From assembly GCA_002189035.1 (NCBI GenBank), contig CM007990.1:1240001-1304000 (forward strand): 64,000 nt of DNA, in the 5' to 3' direction. Every line of letters starts with the position of its first letter. The first letter of the stretch is position 1. The position numbers were made by a program, and so were the translations under genes. Below the pieces are notes generated by a model, which saw nothing but the letters and a program-made list of their open reading frames with translations, had not been told where the DNA came from and did no database searches. Below are positions 13,663 through 26,462 of the stretch, one piece after another. The DNA comes from Utricularia gibba. Lineage: Eukaryota; Plantae; Magnoliophyta.

Positions 13663-15153
13663 TCAAGACATGGGATCAAATCCACCACCTAGCTGCATGT
13701 GTAACCATTCTGGCGATGGGGCGGAGCTACGGCCATAGTCTCCGGTGTTGGGAGGAGGGAAGGTGATGCTTGGAGCTACAAAGGGTTGGTGGGGGAACTG
13801 CAAGGTGAATACTTGAGTTTGCTGAGAAGCTGGGCCTGTGACTTCTTTAGAATGGCATTGTTCGATGCCCAATCTTGAATTTACTGCTTCTAGCTTCATG
13901 GATAGGAACTGAACAGCTCCAGGGTTGAAAGCTAGTGTCAAAAATGAACAAGCAAGAGATAGAAAGATGGGTGCCAGAGACTGTTAATCTACCTCAACCT
14001 GGCGCTGCAAAGACTGAATGTAATTGATTATTTCATCAAGCACAAGGGCTTTCCCAACAACCTGAATCCAGAGTGAAAGCATTTCTAGTTTAGAGAATGT
14101 TGCAGAATTCAGTTTTGATAAATATGAACGAGAGACTTGTAACACAGTACAAAATCAAGCTGAAGTGCATAAAATCCAAGTGTAAATTAACGAGGAAACG
14201 CAAAGGGTCCTTGAGGAAGTTCTTTCTGTAACAAGGTAAAACTCAATGAAGAAAGAAGATACATAGACCTCCCGGAGGTCACATAATAGTGCTTACTTTA
14301 TTACAGCCGGGAACCAGGTTTTGAAGAATCTTCATTCTCTCACTAATTTTTTCTCTTCTTGCCTGTATCAAGAACAGGAAACAAGAACATCACGGAGACA
14401 TACATTCAACATCTGATTCACCACTCAGGATTGTCAACATACTGTGTGTGTGTGAGTGTGTGTTCTGAAATGTTCAAAGAGCGTGTTTTTGCTTTTATGC
14501 AGAAGCAGAAACATGGGGCGTGCTGTGTGGTGGAGGGAAACAGGATCAAATGCGTGAAAAAAATTCAAGAATGAAAACGGATTGTTTCTTCATTACTCTT
14601 TCTGCTAAGCTATGACTATCTGTAGCTTGCCCCCTTCTAGCCCTGACATGGATGTAGTCCCTTGGAGGTTCAGCTGGTTTTGACGCTTTCCCAACTTTTT
14701 GCCCTGAATTACCTCCCGCTTCAGCTTTACATTCCCCATTCTCATTGAATTCCATTTCCTTGCGCCTAATACTATCTCCTTGATTCTGTCCAGGGAAAAA
14801 TAAATAAATAAAACAGTTACCCAGAAGTATCTACAGTCACATTCTTCAAACTCACACCCAATTTTCAAGAATGGAAGCACTGCCGAATTAGGGTTAATCG
14901 AGGTTACGCATTTCAACAAGTTTGTTTAAAAGTACCACAAGAGTGGAGCTGCTATTGTTTCCCCAATGCTGTTGCTCGTTGAAGCTCCTTCCTTCCCGGA
15001 ACGCTCATCTTCCCCCACCGACATCTGATCCGCGTTCTTAACGTACGAGACCACATTGCTGTTCATCTGAAGACCAGGCCACATTTCCGGGTACCCATAC
15101 TCTCGCACCCCTCCTCCTCCATCGGAAACCATAATCACCCGCCGCAGATCCAT
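13663..15153 (-). CDS. BPE: bHLH transcription factor, BIGPETAL/bHLH79 (subfamily XII) type
   Basis: [30 protein letters not shown], ...[15 protein letters not shown] and C-terminal [13 protein letters not shown]. The start (MDLRR at 15153) and the exon 1-2 junction are uncertain. Confidence 0.88.
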
Positions 15154-18100
15154 TTCCCGGCAGCAATTCAGCCCAACCCACACGGCAGCGGCGCGCCACT
15201 CTGGAACCCGTACTAGGACGTTGTACACTGATGCCGATGCCGTTATAGAGCCTGGAGAAAGCTTGAAGCATTCCCCTTAGCCTTTAGCGCTGCGCAGGCT
15301 ATGCTTCAATCACTCATCTACAGCTGAGCTAACTGCACACCTCCAGATCTCTCTCCATCCGTCGCCACAAAACGAGCTCGATCCGACGTCTCTGCTAAAT
15401 TTGTTATTTAAATATCGCGGTTCCACTAAAGTAAACACATTGGCATGGGTAGGTCATAATTATTGGCTCCCATTTTGTTTTCTAGTGATTTCTTTATAAA
15501 ATAAATTAATTCCAGTTTTGTATACTTATTTATACCTTAAACACTTATATATATTAATAACTATATTTTTTTGAAAGACGTGTTTTTTAATATGAGATAA
15601 AATGAAAATATAATTGAAGAATTAAATATATAATATTGAATAATAATATTTTAATATTCTTAATAATTATTACTTTTCATAAATAAATAAATAAATAAAT
15701 ATATATATATACGAATTTACCTCATACTAATAAAATGTGTAAATATCTTAACCAAATTTCACATTGATTACAAATGAAATAAAAAAAGAGTTTTTTATAA
15801 TGAATTTCTCTAATTTTATATAAGACATTTTTTAAATAAAAAATATAAAATCATAAAAATTAGTCAATCAAAATGTATAATATCATATAAAATTAAAGTA
15901 AATTGTTATATTTGATCTATAAAAAAAAGAATTTGTGCATCATAGACATATAGTATATTTTTATTTTTTTCTACATGATATGTATGTTTGTTATTTAAAA
16001 TCATTTAAATATATTATTAATTATATTATACCATCAAAGAACTACTAATTTCTATTTTTATGAATTTTTTATGCTATTATAGAAAGATTATTAAATGTGA
16101 ACTACTTATGAACCAGTATTTTATACAATTTTTAAAATGAATTAGTATGATTCATACATTTTTCTCAATTTAACAATATTAAAATAACTCTATATCATGC
16201 ATTTATTATACCATCAAAAAAATGATAAATTTTAAACTATATTCTATTTCATGTACAATATTATTGCATTCCTATTATAATATTTAGTGTACCATAATAC
16301 AGAAAATAATACTTCCCCTATCTAAAAAATAAAGAAAATTATTTACTATAAACTAATACTCGTAATAATAAAGTAAATTTTTATTTTTATTTTTATTTTT
16401 CCACGTAACTTTAAAAAGCAAACGAATTGTAAGTAAATTTTATTTCAGACAATTTTTTTTAAAATAAGCTATTTTTCATTCTAATTAATTAAAAATTCAT
16501 TTAGTAAGACATGAAAGGTTATTTTATATTAATAATTAGGATAACAATTTTTATTACACACACTATTTTTCTTACATTTGATATCCTCAAAACCGCTTTA
16601 TGTTTTAATTTATTCATTATTCAATAAAATTGCAATCAATTTATACATAATTGAATAATTTTAAAAAGCATAACTGTATTTTATAAAAAAAAATTACTTA
16701 TTACCTATTTAATAGAAAATTTATAATTAAATTTATCGATAACATAAGTAAAATATTCATAATAAAATATTAGAAAATTGTTTTTGGAATCATAAGATAA
16801 TAGATACTTTAATACTATAATATATAAGAGAAAAAACTGGAGTTCTAGCTATTGAAAAATTTTTTTAAAAAAAAAAAGAGAAAAGCTTGGGAGGTGTATT
16901 TTTAAAAACGATGTCGTTTAATGAGCATTAATACTCAAGCGGTATTTTCTTCCTTTGTATGGTATTTTTGGGGATTAGGGTTAATTAAATGAGATTAGAA
17001 GATTAAGTGGGAGGTGATTCCAAGTCCTCCGCCCTTGATCCTCTCTTCGCTGTAGGTCGTCATCCCTCTTGATCGCAATGGAAGAGGGAAATCTCAGAAT
17101 ATCTATCTGAAGGTTGGTTTAGTCTTCATTTGTAGGTATAAAAATGATTTAGGTCGGCATCATCTTCTAGAGAATTACGACTTGTATCTCAGTTCGCCTT
17201 AAAGGATGCGATCTTCTTCCTTTATTGCTGCACTGCTCTTCTTTACGCCGTTGCGAGATCGGATGAAGAGGGTTGTTGTAGGTCTCTGAATTTTTATTGC
17301 TGCATTGCTATTCGAGATCAATTCATGGTTGGCATTGCGTGACGCCCTTGTCTTTCGTTGTATCACAACGGAATTGCCCCTCTCATCCAATACAGTGGCC
17401 CCTGATTCCATCGGTCTGGTGGTTTGCTTTGTTTAAATTGGGAAGCCATTAATGACCGAAGCATGCTCAACGTCATACGTCGTGCATCCCGGACGAGGAT
17501 GGTGGGTCCCGCCGCCGATAAATCTCTCCCATGCCCGGAGATGCTGAGAGCCTCGGGGATTTGACCAATTGACCTGAACGTTTGTTCAATCAGGTGTTCC
17601 CGAAGGATATGTTCGAATGGCTGCTGGTAAGCGGAAAGAACAGTACCGTGGAGAGTAGTGGGGGTATTAAAAACCTAATTGCCCGTAGTTTTCGGGCAAA
17701 AGGTGCTTTTACCAGTCTTGGATTGTATAATTGAAGTGGGAACCCGCAATCTTTGCAGTATCTTAGCTTGTTTTATTCGAATTTGGTTTGCCCTTCTCAA
17801 CGCTACGCCACGCCGAGGCTTGCCTGAACCAGCACCAGCGCCTCGGATATACTGGGAAACGTCTTTTCCAGGTTTTGAAAAAGTTCGCCTGAACACTGAA
17901 TTGAAACGACGTAGCTGGCTTTGTTGTTTTTCCTCAGATTCCGACACCTTTTTTTATTGCGTATGAGCTGTAGACGTCCTTTTTGATCTGGGGTTGTTCG
18001 TAGAAGGAGAAGTGTGGTGCTCGGTGTGTTCTCATCAATGGTTGAGCTTTTTGTGCATTTTTTTAAACACTCGCCATAATCCTGAGCACTTTTCTGTTCT

Positions 18101-18435
18101 GGGTTGGAGCCAACTCGACCTCTCTGATTTGGATGTATTTCGAGGGAGAAGTTGCATTTTCCCACCTCCGAGTCAAGCCGGTATTGTGATTGTTGATGGC
18201 GAAGAGAGTTGCTGTTTTTTCTGTCTTGATTTTGGGTTTTCTCCAAGGGAAAAATGGATTCTTGTTGGCGTGCTTGACTTGTTTTAGGGAATAGGTTAGG
18301 TATTGTAAGTCACTTTTGGGGATGCTTCGAAAGAAACCGGGGATGGTATAAGTTGTTTGGCTTGGTTTTGTTCCATTTAGAGGGTGCAGGGGGATATTTG
18401 GAATTGAAAGATTGGATAAATTTTGGTTACTAAGG

Positions 18436-20443
18436 ATGGGAGTTGCTGATGATAACTCAAAGATGAAATCTATGGATCCCAAGAAATCAAAGGGAGGAAG
18501 AAAGAAATTTACGGTGATGATGATGCTGTTAGTAAAACTGGTTGCTGGTTTAGGTTTGGATTCAAGGGAAGCTGTATTCCTTCAAGATCCAAAGTTGACA
18601 CCTCTGCCACAGGGATGAGCAATCAAGGTAACCGATTTTTACTTTTTCTTATAGAGTTCAACGGTCCCTTTTTTTTTTTAGATTTTGAAGAGATTTTCCA
18701 TGGTACGTGACTGAGTAATGTCTATATCTTCTTTTCCTTGAACTGGAGATTGTGTTGATCGAGTTTTTCATTGAACAGAACCTAAATCCGCGAATGGTGC
18801 AAGCAAGGACCAACCAGCTCTTCCAGTTATACCGCCATCCAATACAAGCAATGCTGAAAGCAATTCTTCATTGTCCAAGCTAGAAGAGGAACTTAAAGTT
18901 TCTTCCCTATTGCGCAAGTTTACATTTAACGACCTTAAGTTGGCCACTAGAAATTTCAGGCCAGAATCCCTCCTTGGTGAGGGGGGATTCGGTTGTGTGT
19001 TTAAGGGTTGGATAGAAGAAAATGGAACAGCACCCGTTAAACCTGGAACAGGGCTCACTGTTGCCGTCAAAACTCTGAACCATGATGGGCTTCAGGGTCA
19101 CAAAGAATGGCTGGTTCGACAGTTTCCATATTGAAATTTGTGAAATATTCTTTGTCTGGCAGTTTTGAATTTCTTGTTCGTTGATGACAGGCCGAAGTCA
19201 ACTTCTTGGGCCATCTTGTTCATCCCAATCTGGTCAAGTTAGTTGGCTATTGCATCGAAGACGATCAGAGGCTGCTAGTTTATGAGTTCATGCCAAGGGG
19301 AAGCTTGGAAAACCACCTGTTTCGCAGTACGTCAATTCCTTTATTCTAATATGAAATTTGTTTTATTCGAAGTATACACCTGCAAAAAAATATCCAATGT
19401 GGGAATGACCAGCACACGAATCAATGCATTTTCTTTGCTGATGGTTTATTTTCAGGATCCCTGCCTCTACCTTGGGCCATCCGGATGAAAATAGCTCTTG
19501 GTGCTGCAAAAGGGCTTGCTTTTCTCCACGAGGAAGCTGAAAGACCAGTGATATATCGTGATTTTAAGACGTCAAATATATTGTTGGATGCTGTGAGCTT
19601 TCCCTCTTAGTTCATTCCAGCATTTTTGGTTTCTCTGTGATTTATTCAAGTTTTGTTTTTCAGGAGTACAATGCAAAGCTTTCTGATTTTGGACTAGCTA
19701 AAGATGCTCCTGATGAGGGAAAAACACACGTTTCTACACGTGTTATGGGAACATATGGATACGCTGCACCAGAGTATGTTATGACAGGTACTTCATTCTC
19801 CCATTCCATTCCCCAAAGCTGACCAGTAGTGACTGGCAAAAGAAGCTTGGAGACATTGAATCATTTGACATTCTGAGCAGCGACTGGCAACCGCCGGAGA
19901 CCTCATTTCTGATCATTGTGACGCCTTCTCTTTTTCCTCCTTGCAGGGCACCTGACATCGAAAAGCGACGTCTACAGCTTCGGGGTGGTGTTGCTGGAAA
20001 TGATCACCGGACGAAGGTCGATGGACAAGCACCGCCCCAACGGCGAACACAATCTCATCGAATGGGCCAGACCCCATCTGGGAGAGAGACGCCAGTTCTA
20101 CCGCCTGTTAGACCCCCGGCTGGAAGGCCATTTCTCCATCAAGGGAGCTCAGAAGGCCGCCCTCTTGGCAGCAAGCTGCCTGAGCCGCGACCCCAAGGCG
20201 CGCCCTCTGATGAGTGAAGTTGTTGAAGCGCTGAAGCCTCTGCCCAGCCTCAAGGACATGGCCAGCTCCTCTTACTACTTCCAGACCTCACAAGGAGATC
20301 GCCCCAGAAACGCACTTCGAGCTCAAGGCTCCTTCTCCAGAAACGGCCCGCAGCAGCAGCACCCCAGGAGCCTCTCCATGCCGAATGGCTCACCTCGCCA
20401 TCATCTTGTTTTTGCTTCTCCTAAACCGTGCAACAAGCTGTGA
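18436..20443 (+). CDS. Receptor-like cytoplasmic kinase RLCK-VII (PBL34/35/36-like), with a 1-base frameshift at 18492-18494
   Basis: MG start, GCW palmitoylation-type motif, [33 protein letters not shown] and [10 protein letters not shown] tail. Six exons with GT-AG junctions. Confidence 0.95.
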
Positions 20444-20494
20444 GATGGGATTTGTTGTCCTGCCATCGCCTCCCCATCATCTGCAGATGTGATT

Positions 20495-20515
20495 GATGAT
20501 GATGATGATGATGAT
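20495..20515 (+). repeat. (GAT)7 microsatellite in the kinase 3' region
   Basis: Read directly from the sequence. Confidence 0.9.
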
Positions 20516-21313
20516 GGCGGTGGTGTTACTGATATTCGGTTCTCTGTAGGAGTGTTTCTCTCCAAGTGTAGAACAGAACCAGAGCTCCACATGCTTTGTT
20601 TTAAAAGAGCCCATTGAAACGGTTTTGAAACACAATTAAATGAATTTTTAATCATAAATATTATGAATTTCATGTAAATATTGTTTTGGAAAATTTTTGA
20701 AAACTGTTTTTATTTTTCAAAATTACTTTTAAAAAATAGAAATAAAAATTAAAAATAATCAAATACTTGTTTTTCCAAAAATAACTTTTATATTTATAAT
20801 TTTAAAAGTATTTTTGATAAAATTATTTTTATAATTAAAAGTGTTTTACAATAAAACTATTTTTTACTTTTAAAAAGTAGAAATAGATTTTAAAAATTTT
20901 CCAGAACATTTATGTATAAATTATTTTTTTTATAATTTTACCTCAATATGAAACAAATTCAATATCAAGATTTTAAAAACATAATAAAAAACGGTAACAA
21001 AACGAAAAGATGATTTTTTAAAAAATAGAAATAATAACTTTAGATCAAAGTTTCACCGTCTAATAACTTATCCCTTGAATCCAAACGTGAATAACTAATT
21101 CATTTAGATAAGTTTTAGAGTTGATATTATAAGATAATAGTACACGATTCTCACAAAGTCAAACTCAATTAAAAGAGTCAAATTTATATTTGGGGTAAGA
21201 AAATTAATATTTAAATAGAATACACATAAATTTAAAAACTCTTTTTATATAATTATTTTAAATACTTTTATTTGGGCTAATAGACAAATTTCTTTTTCAT
21301 TTTTGGGATATGA

Positions 21314-21340
21314 CACGTGCGTATGAAAACTACACGTGGC
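21314..21340 (+). promoter_or_regulatory. Paired G-box/ABRE elements upstream of the CBS gene
   Basis: CACGTG at 21314 and CACGTGGC at 21333, about 90-115 bp before the ATG. Confidence 0.55.
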
Positions 21341-21428
21341 GATAGTGACTCCATCTGCAACGGTGAAATTAGTTCTTCTTACGTTTGCTGGTTCGAGCAG
21401 CAAAATTTGTTTGGTTGTAAAGAAGAAG

Positions 21429-23054
21429 ATGGAGGAAATGGCGATGCGGGAAGAATCCAAGGATCAACGTTACGATGCCTATTTCGAAATGGTCCGAAGC
21501 AGGAAGAAGATTCCTCAATGGCTGCAAGATTCTCTCACCGCCGCATTCGCTGGAATCCCAGTTTCGTCCTTTCCGATGGTCCCCGGCGGGAAAGGTAATG
21601 CACAGGACCAACGGCTACACGATTTTTGCCGCCCCATTTTGAAATACTGATGCATAATACAATGGAGATAAGGTCGTGATGGTTTTGGTTCTTAATAGTT
21701 GTTGAAATTCTTGCGGACACGACGATCGGCGACTCCGTGAAGATATTGTCGGTTTCGAACATTTTATCGGCGCCGGTGGTGGATCCCGAAGCTGTAGATA
21801 CGGTAGACTGGAGAAAGAGGTATTTGGGAATACTGGATTATTCCAATATCATCATTTGGGTGTTGCAGAACTGGGAAGTTGCGGCGGGAGCGGCGTTGTC
21901 TGCCTCTTCGTCTGCGGCTACCGGCGCGGGAACCGGAGCTGCCGGCGCTCTAGCGTTGGGAGCATCTGGTCCTCTTGCAGCAGCCGGTGCTACACCCGCC
22001 GACGCCGGGGTGTGTTGGCGGAGAAGGGTATGGGTGGAGATGCTTCCACGGCGGCCGACAAATTGGGCGAGGATTTCGACAAACTGATGCTCCAGAAAGA
22101 GCCTTTCAAATCAACTACGGTGTATATCTTTTGAGTGCTGCATCTGATCTGTATGACAAACTCTTAAGCTCCGGTTCATGTTTCTGCAGGTGAGGGAGAT
22201 TCTGAAGTCGTATCGATGGGCTCCGTTTGTTGCAGTCGAACCAGACAGTTCAATGCTGAGTGTCATGTTGTTGCTGTCAAAGTACAGGCTTCGGAATGTT
22301 CCGGTGGTGGAGTCAAGAAGTCCCACCATCAGAAACTACATAACTCAATCAGCTGTGATTCAAGGTCTTCAAAGATGCAGAGGGAGGGATTGGTTCGACT
22401 TGATCTCATCCCTCCGGTTACCGGAGCTCGGCCTCCCGTTCACCACAGCTGATCAGGTAAACCTTGAAAAAGAGATTCTCTGTATGGTTACAAAGAGTGC
22501 TGCAATCCATCTGTCACTTAATCTTCTCAGGTTGTAAGCATCGAGGACGATGAGTTGATTCTTGAAGCTTTTAAGAAGATGAAAGACAGGCAAGTTGGAG
22601 GAGTACCAGTCCTCACCGGAGGAGGAGGAGCAAAAGGGCAGATTCTGGGCAACATAAGCATACGCGATATGCGATTCCTCCTGCTTAAACCGGATCTCTT
22701 CAGCAGTTCCCGGTACATCTCCACATTATCGGAAAATGGTGCGTTTGATTCTGTGTACTAAGTTGTCTGAGTTGCAGAACACTCACTGTGAAGGAATTCA
22801 TGGCTACAGTCACCGGAATGGGTGAGGGACATTCTCCGATAGTATGCCACCCAGACTCCACGCTGGCTGACGTGATCGACATGCTTGCATCCACGGCTGT
22901 TCACCGCATCTACGTCACCGTAGGCGGCGGCGGCGATGAGCTTCTTGGCGTGATTACTCCAAGAGATGTGATCTCCTGCTTCGTCAACGAGCCCCTCAAC
23001 TTCTTCGATGATTTCTTCGGTTTTTCTGCACAAGAACTCCTAAACCAGCACTAA
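21429..23054 (+). CDS. CBS-domain protein, SnRK1 regulatory subunit gamma-1-like, with a 1-base frameshift at 22007-22010
   Basis: YDAYFE..RSRKK, AFAGIPVSSFP.VPGGK, Ala/Gly-rich linker, EPFKSTT, LLLSKYRLRNVPV and GVIT.RDVISCFV. Five exons. Confidence 0.92.
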
Positions 23055-23169
23055 GCCATGCTACCCCATCTCTTGTTCCTAAAGAACAACATCAGTTTCC
23101 CCACAAAATGCATGAAAACTCTCCTACTAACCGGCACGCGACTGATGAACCATTTCACTGTTGCATACA

Positions 23170-23595
23170 GCAGCAGGAGCACCCGGTGAGGTGCAACCAG
23201 ATGAATCAATCACTCATTCAGCTGCCCGGATGGTATATCAGACTTCTGCTAGAGTTACCCCAAACACTTCAGCGGGTGCAATCCGGAGCACCCAATGAAG
23301 ATTGCACCCGCTGAAGTGCTCGAGGGAACTCTTGCAGGAACCCGATGGATCACTGAGCTGCTGCATGTATCAGATTCGTGCGGGAGTTCCCCCAAACACT
23401 TCAGCGGGTGCAATCGGGGGCACCCAATGAAGTGCTCGGGAAACTCTCGCAGAAACCAGATGGATCATTGAGCTGCTGCATGCATCAGATTTGCGCCGGA
23501 GTTCCCCCAAACACTTGAACAGACACTACACTCCGTAGCGTGATCTCCCGATGAAGTGCTCGAGGGGACTCTCGCAAGAACCAGATGAACCCATG
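23170..23595. repeat. Diverged tandem repeat, about 3.5 copies of a 115-116 bp unit
   Basis: Anchor CAAACACTT at 23261, 23393 and 23508. The periods are 132 (including a 16-bp insertion) and 115. AACC(A/C)GATG recurs four times. Confidence 0.88.
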
Positions 23596-23822
23596 GGCTT
23601 CTGCTGGTACCAATCCACGTTCGAATTTATGGAGAGAGTAAAGCGGCATGAATCTGTGGTCACTATTCCCCACCCAGAAAGATGCAAAAAGTTGGCCGGG
23701 GAGATGATTCCCTCATGTTCTTCACTTGGACAGACTTCTCAACCAGGTTCCAAATGCACGATGAATTTCACCTTATCCCCGTCGCAGGCATGGAGTAGGT
23801 ATCCCGAATCATATCCGAACTC

Positions 23823-23845
23823 AAAAAAAAAAAAAAAAAAAAAAA
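23823..23845 (+). repeat. (A)23 tract ending the GC-balanced block
   Basis: Read directly. AT-rich spacer follows immediately. Confidence 0.85.
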
Positions 23846-25142
23846 GAAGAAGATCCAAATTCAAATCAAAACCATATTCAATTTAAATTCAAATCAACTT
23901 TAAATTCATTTATTTAATTCATTTGAATTGTATAATAAATGTATATTTATATATTATGCTCAAATTTCATATTAATCCAAATCCAATATTGAACTCAAGC
24001 ACCTAACTTGACTGCCCAATGGATTGAATTGGATTTTATTTGAATAAAAAATTGTATATTGTACTATAACAATAATCATAATATAAGGAATTTGATAATA
24101 TATTTCAATAGTTTGGTAATTCGTTTTAAGTTCTTCCATTCCCAAAAAAAAATTCATTTCGCGATTTATATCATCGCTTGTCACAAAAAATCAACAAAAT
24201 AAATCAAAGATATAAGCTAATAGCCAAATTTTGAAAATTTTGAAAAAATGAAATTAATAATTATTTGAAAGTGTTTTTTTAATAATTTATTTATTCTATC
24301 ATTTAATAGTATAAAAAAATTTGAAGTGTATTTTTTTTATGTATAAATGATGTATTATTAATAATAATATTTTATAATTTAAATGGCTCCCTATTCAAAT
24401 TATAATATTTGTATTTTTTTAAAGATAATATATGATAGTTCAGCTTTACAGTTTAAATCTCCTTGTATTAATAATAGTGTATATTTAGTAAATTAATTTA
24501 ACAATATACAATTGTTTTACAAAACTACTTTAAAATATTTTGAATTATATATTTCAAAACTTAAATTCTAGGTGCGTTTTGACAAATAACTCAATTTATA
24601 AGGTATTTGACATAATATTATTTTAAATACATATGTTCAAAATACGCATATCGAACAAGCTTTAATTTTAACCATATAATATATATTCATTTATATATAA
24701 ATATCTCAAATATATCTCAAGGGTCATTTAGAAAAGTGGCCACTCTCCCCACCTCTTTCACACACTAATACAAAATTTTTACATATGTTTACTTTTCTCA
24801 TACAGTGAGATGAAATCAAACTCCCAATCATCAGAATGACAAAAGTCGCGTGACTTCCAAGTCACCAGGCGTGACGTTTCTTACCTACCCAATACATTAT
24901 TTAATACTTAGTTGTTGATGTGTAATATAACTCAAGAATATTGATTCAGGACGCAATTCCTCCTCTTCATTATTACCGTTTTCTGTAGTAAAAAACACAC
25001 CACGTTACTAACAGAACTGAATTCTGAACTAGTGACTGGTTTTCCCCACGTGCCATTCTTGTACCGTACCGTGTGAACCTGGGGTCTTCAAGCCACGCGC
25101 TTGGGTGGTACGGATGGGAGGGAAGGTTTTCACATTTGTGCT

Positions 25143-26462
25143 TCACGGCCGTTGGTTGTGGCGGGCACCGTGGCTGCCCAAGTCCGCCGCGATTTGGGAG
25201 GCTCTGCTTAGAGCGCCGGAGACCCAGAGGGCTGATCTAGAAAAGTAGCTGCTGTTTACCACTGCATTTGCAGCGGAGAGGGCAGAATTTCCGGCGACCG
25301 AAGCGATGGATTTTGTTCGATCCACGATCCCGTATTTCTCGTCTACGATTCGTGCGACTTCAATCCCTGCGTAGACTTTGCTGGATAAGCCTGTTTTCTG
25401 GCCGAGTTCTGCAACCGCTTCTTTCCCTATTCTGTACCCTTTTCCGGCTGCTGTTTGGACCGCCGGTGTATTGCTGTTCTGCTGTTTGTGCATGAGAAGC
25501 ATTATTAGAAACTGGTGAAGTTGATGTGGAATGAAGGAACTTACCCCATCATCATTAATCTGCCAGGAAGAATGTTTCCACTGCTTGCGATCCCCACGGT
25601 AGTCGTTGCATTGGGTTACTGTTACAGGCTGATTCAGAAGGGTGGATCCCTGATGAAAACAAGTGAACAGGAGTTGAGACTTGCAACACACTCCCTTTCT
25701 AGAAATCAAACAAGCAGGGCCACATAAATGAAACATATGAAAATGAGTGATGCGACTTCATCTTTGTCAAACTGGGTGATAGTTACAGGTTCATAGAAAG
25801 GGGTACCCCCACACCCACCCGCAAAGAAAACAAATGAGTCGGGAAATCAACATCACCCTTCTAGGCAATGAACAAGAAAAAAGTCATGGTCCAGGACATC
25901 CAAAAATTTTGCATAAATCGAAAAGACCAAAGCACATGACTTGATGAAGCTCAATCTATGGGATCAGAAGTCATGGACTTTTTCTTATTGGAGTATGAGC
26001 AGACACAGCCTACTTGAACCTGCCAGAAACCCTCACACAACATGATTATCCGTAAAACCCTGAGTTTCAGTCACTCCGGCTTCCTTCAGCATCTATCTTC
26101 CATCATATACACAAGTCACATACAAAACTTTCAAGTTTAAAGGCACTTACATTAAGCAGAATAGCTGTTTCCATAGCATGGCGATTCTTGAAAGTAACAT
26201 AAGCGACAAATGAATCCTCTTCAGATCTGATTTCTCAAAACACAAGATACATATCAACGAGTAGAGTAAAAAAAAAATTAGAGTCCAAAAAATTTGACCA
26301 ACTCAAATTTCCCGCGAAGAACAAAAACCTTACTAACAGAAATTACCTCACAATCTCAACATGCTGAATAGCACCGCAGAAATCAAGAAAATCACGGAGG
26401 TGATTCGCGGTGGCAACCGGCGCCAGGTTTGTTATCTTTACCGTGTAGCCACTTTGCTCCAT
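25143..26462 (-). CDS. RRM-domain protein of the binding-partner-of-ACD11 (BPA1-like) family, 4 exons
   Basis: MEQSGYTVKITNLAP...FCGAIQHVEIV|RS...AYVTFK...AMETAILLN|GSTLLNQPV, and C-terminal VDEKYGI...NSSYFSRSALWVSGAL. Confidence 0.85.

Noticed and set aside
12420-16900. AT-rich spacers as MITEs or organellar insertions
   Set aside because: No terminal inverted repeats, TSDs or organellar genes could be supported by eye.
17675-18482. Several 90-150 aa ORFs upstream of the kinase
   Set aside because: They are low-complexity leader or intron sequence, overlap on both strands, and show no motifs.
23170-23595. CRISPR-like array
   Set aside because: Whole units are repeated with divergence and there are no unique spacers. 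There are no cas genes, and the context is eukaryotic.
23170-23700. NLR leucine-rich-repeat remnant (minus-strand IGCPRLHPLKCLGELP)
   Set aside because: The unit length of 115-116 bp is not a codon multiple, all frames have stops, and the resemblance is too short.
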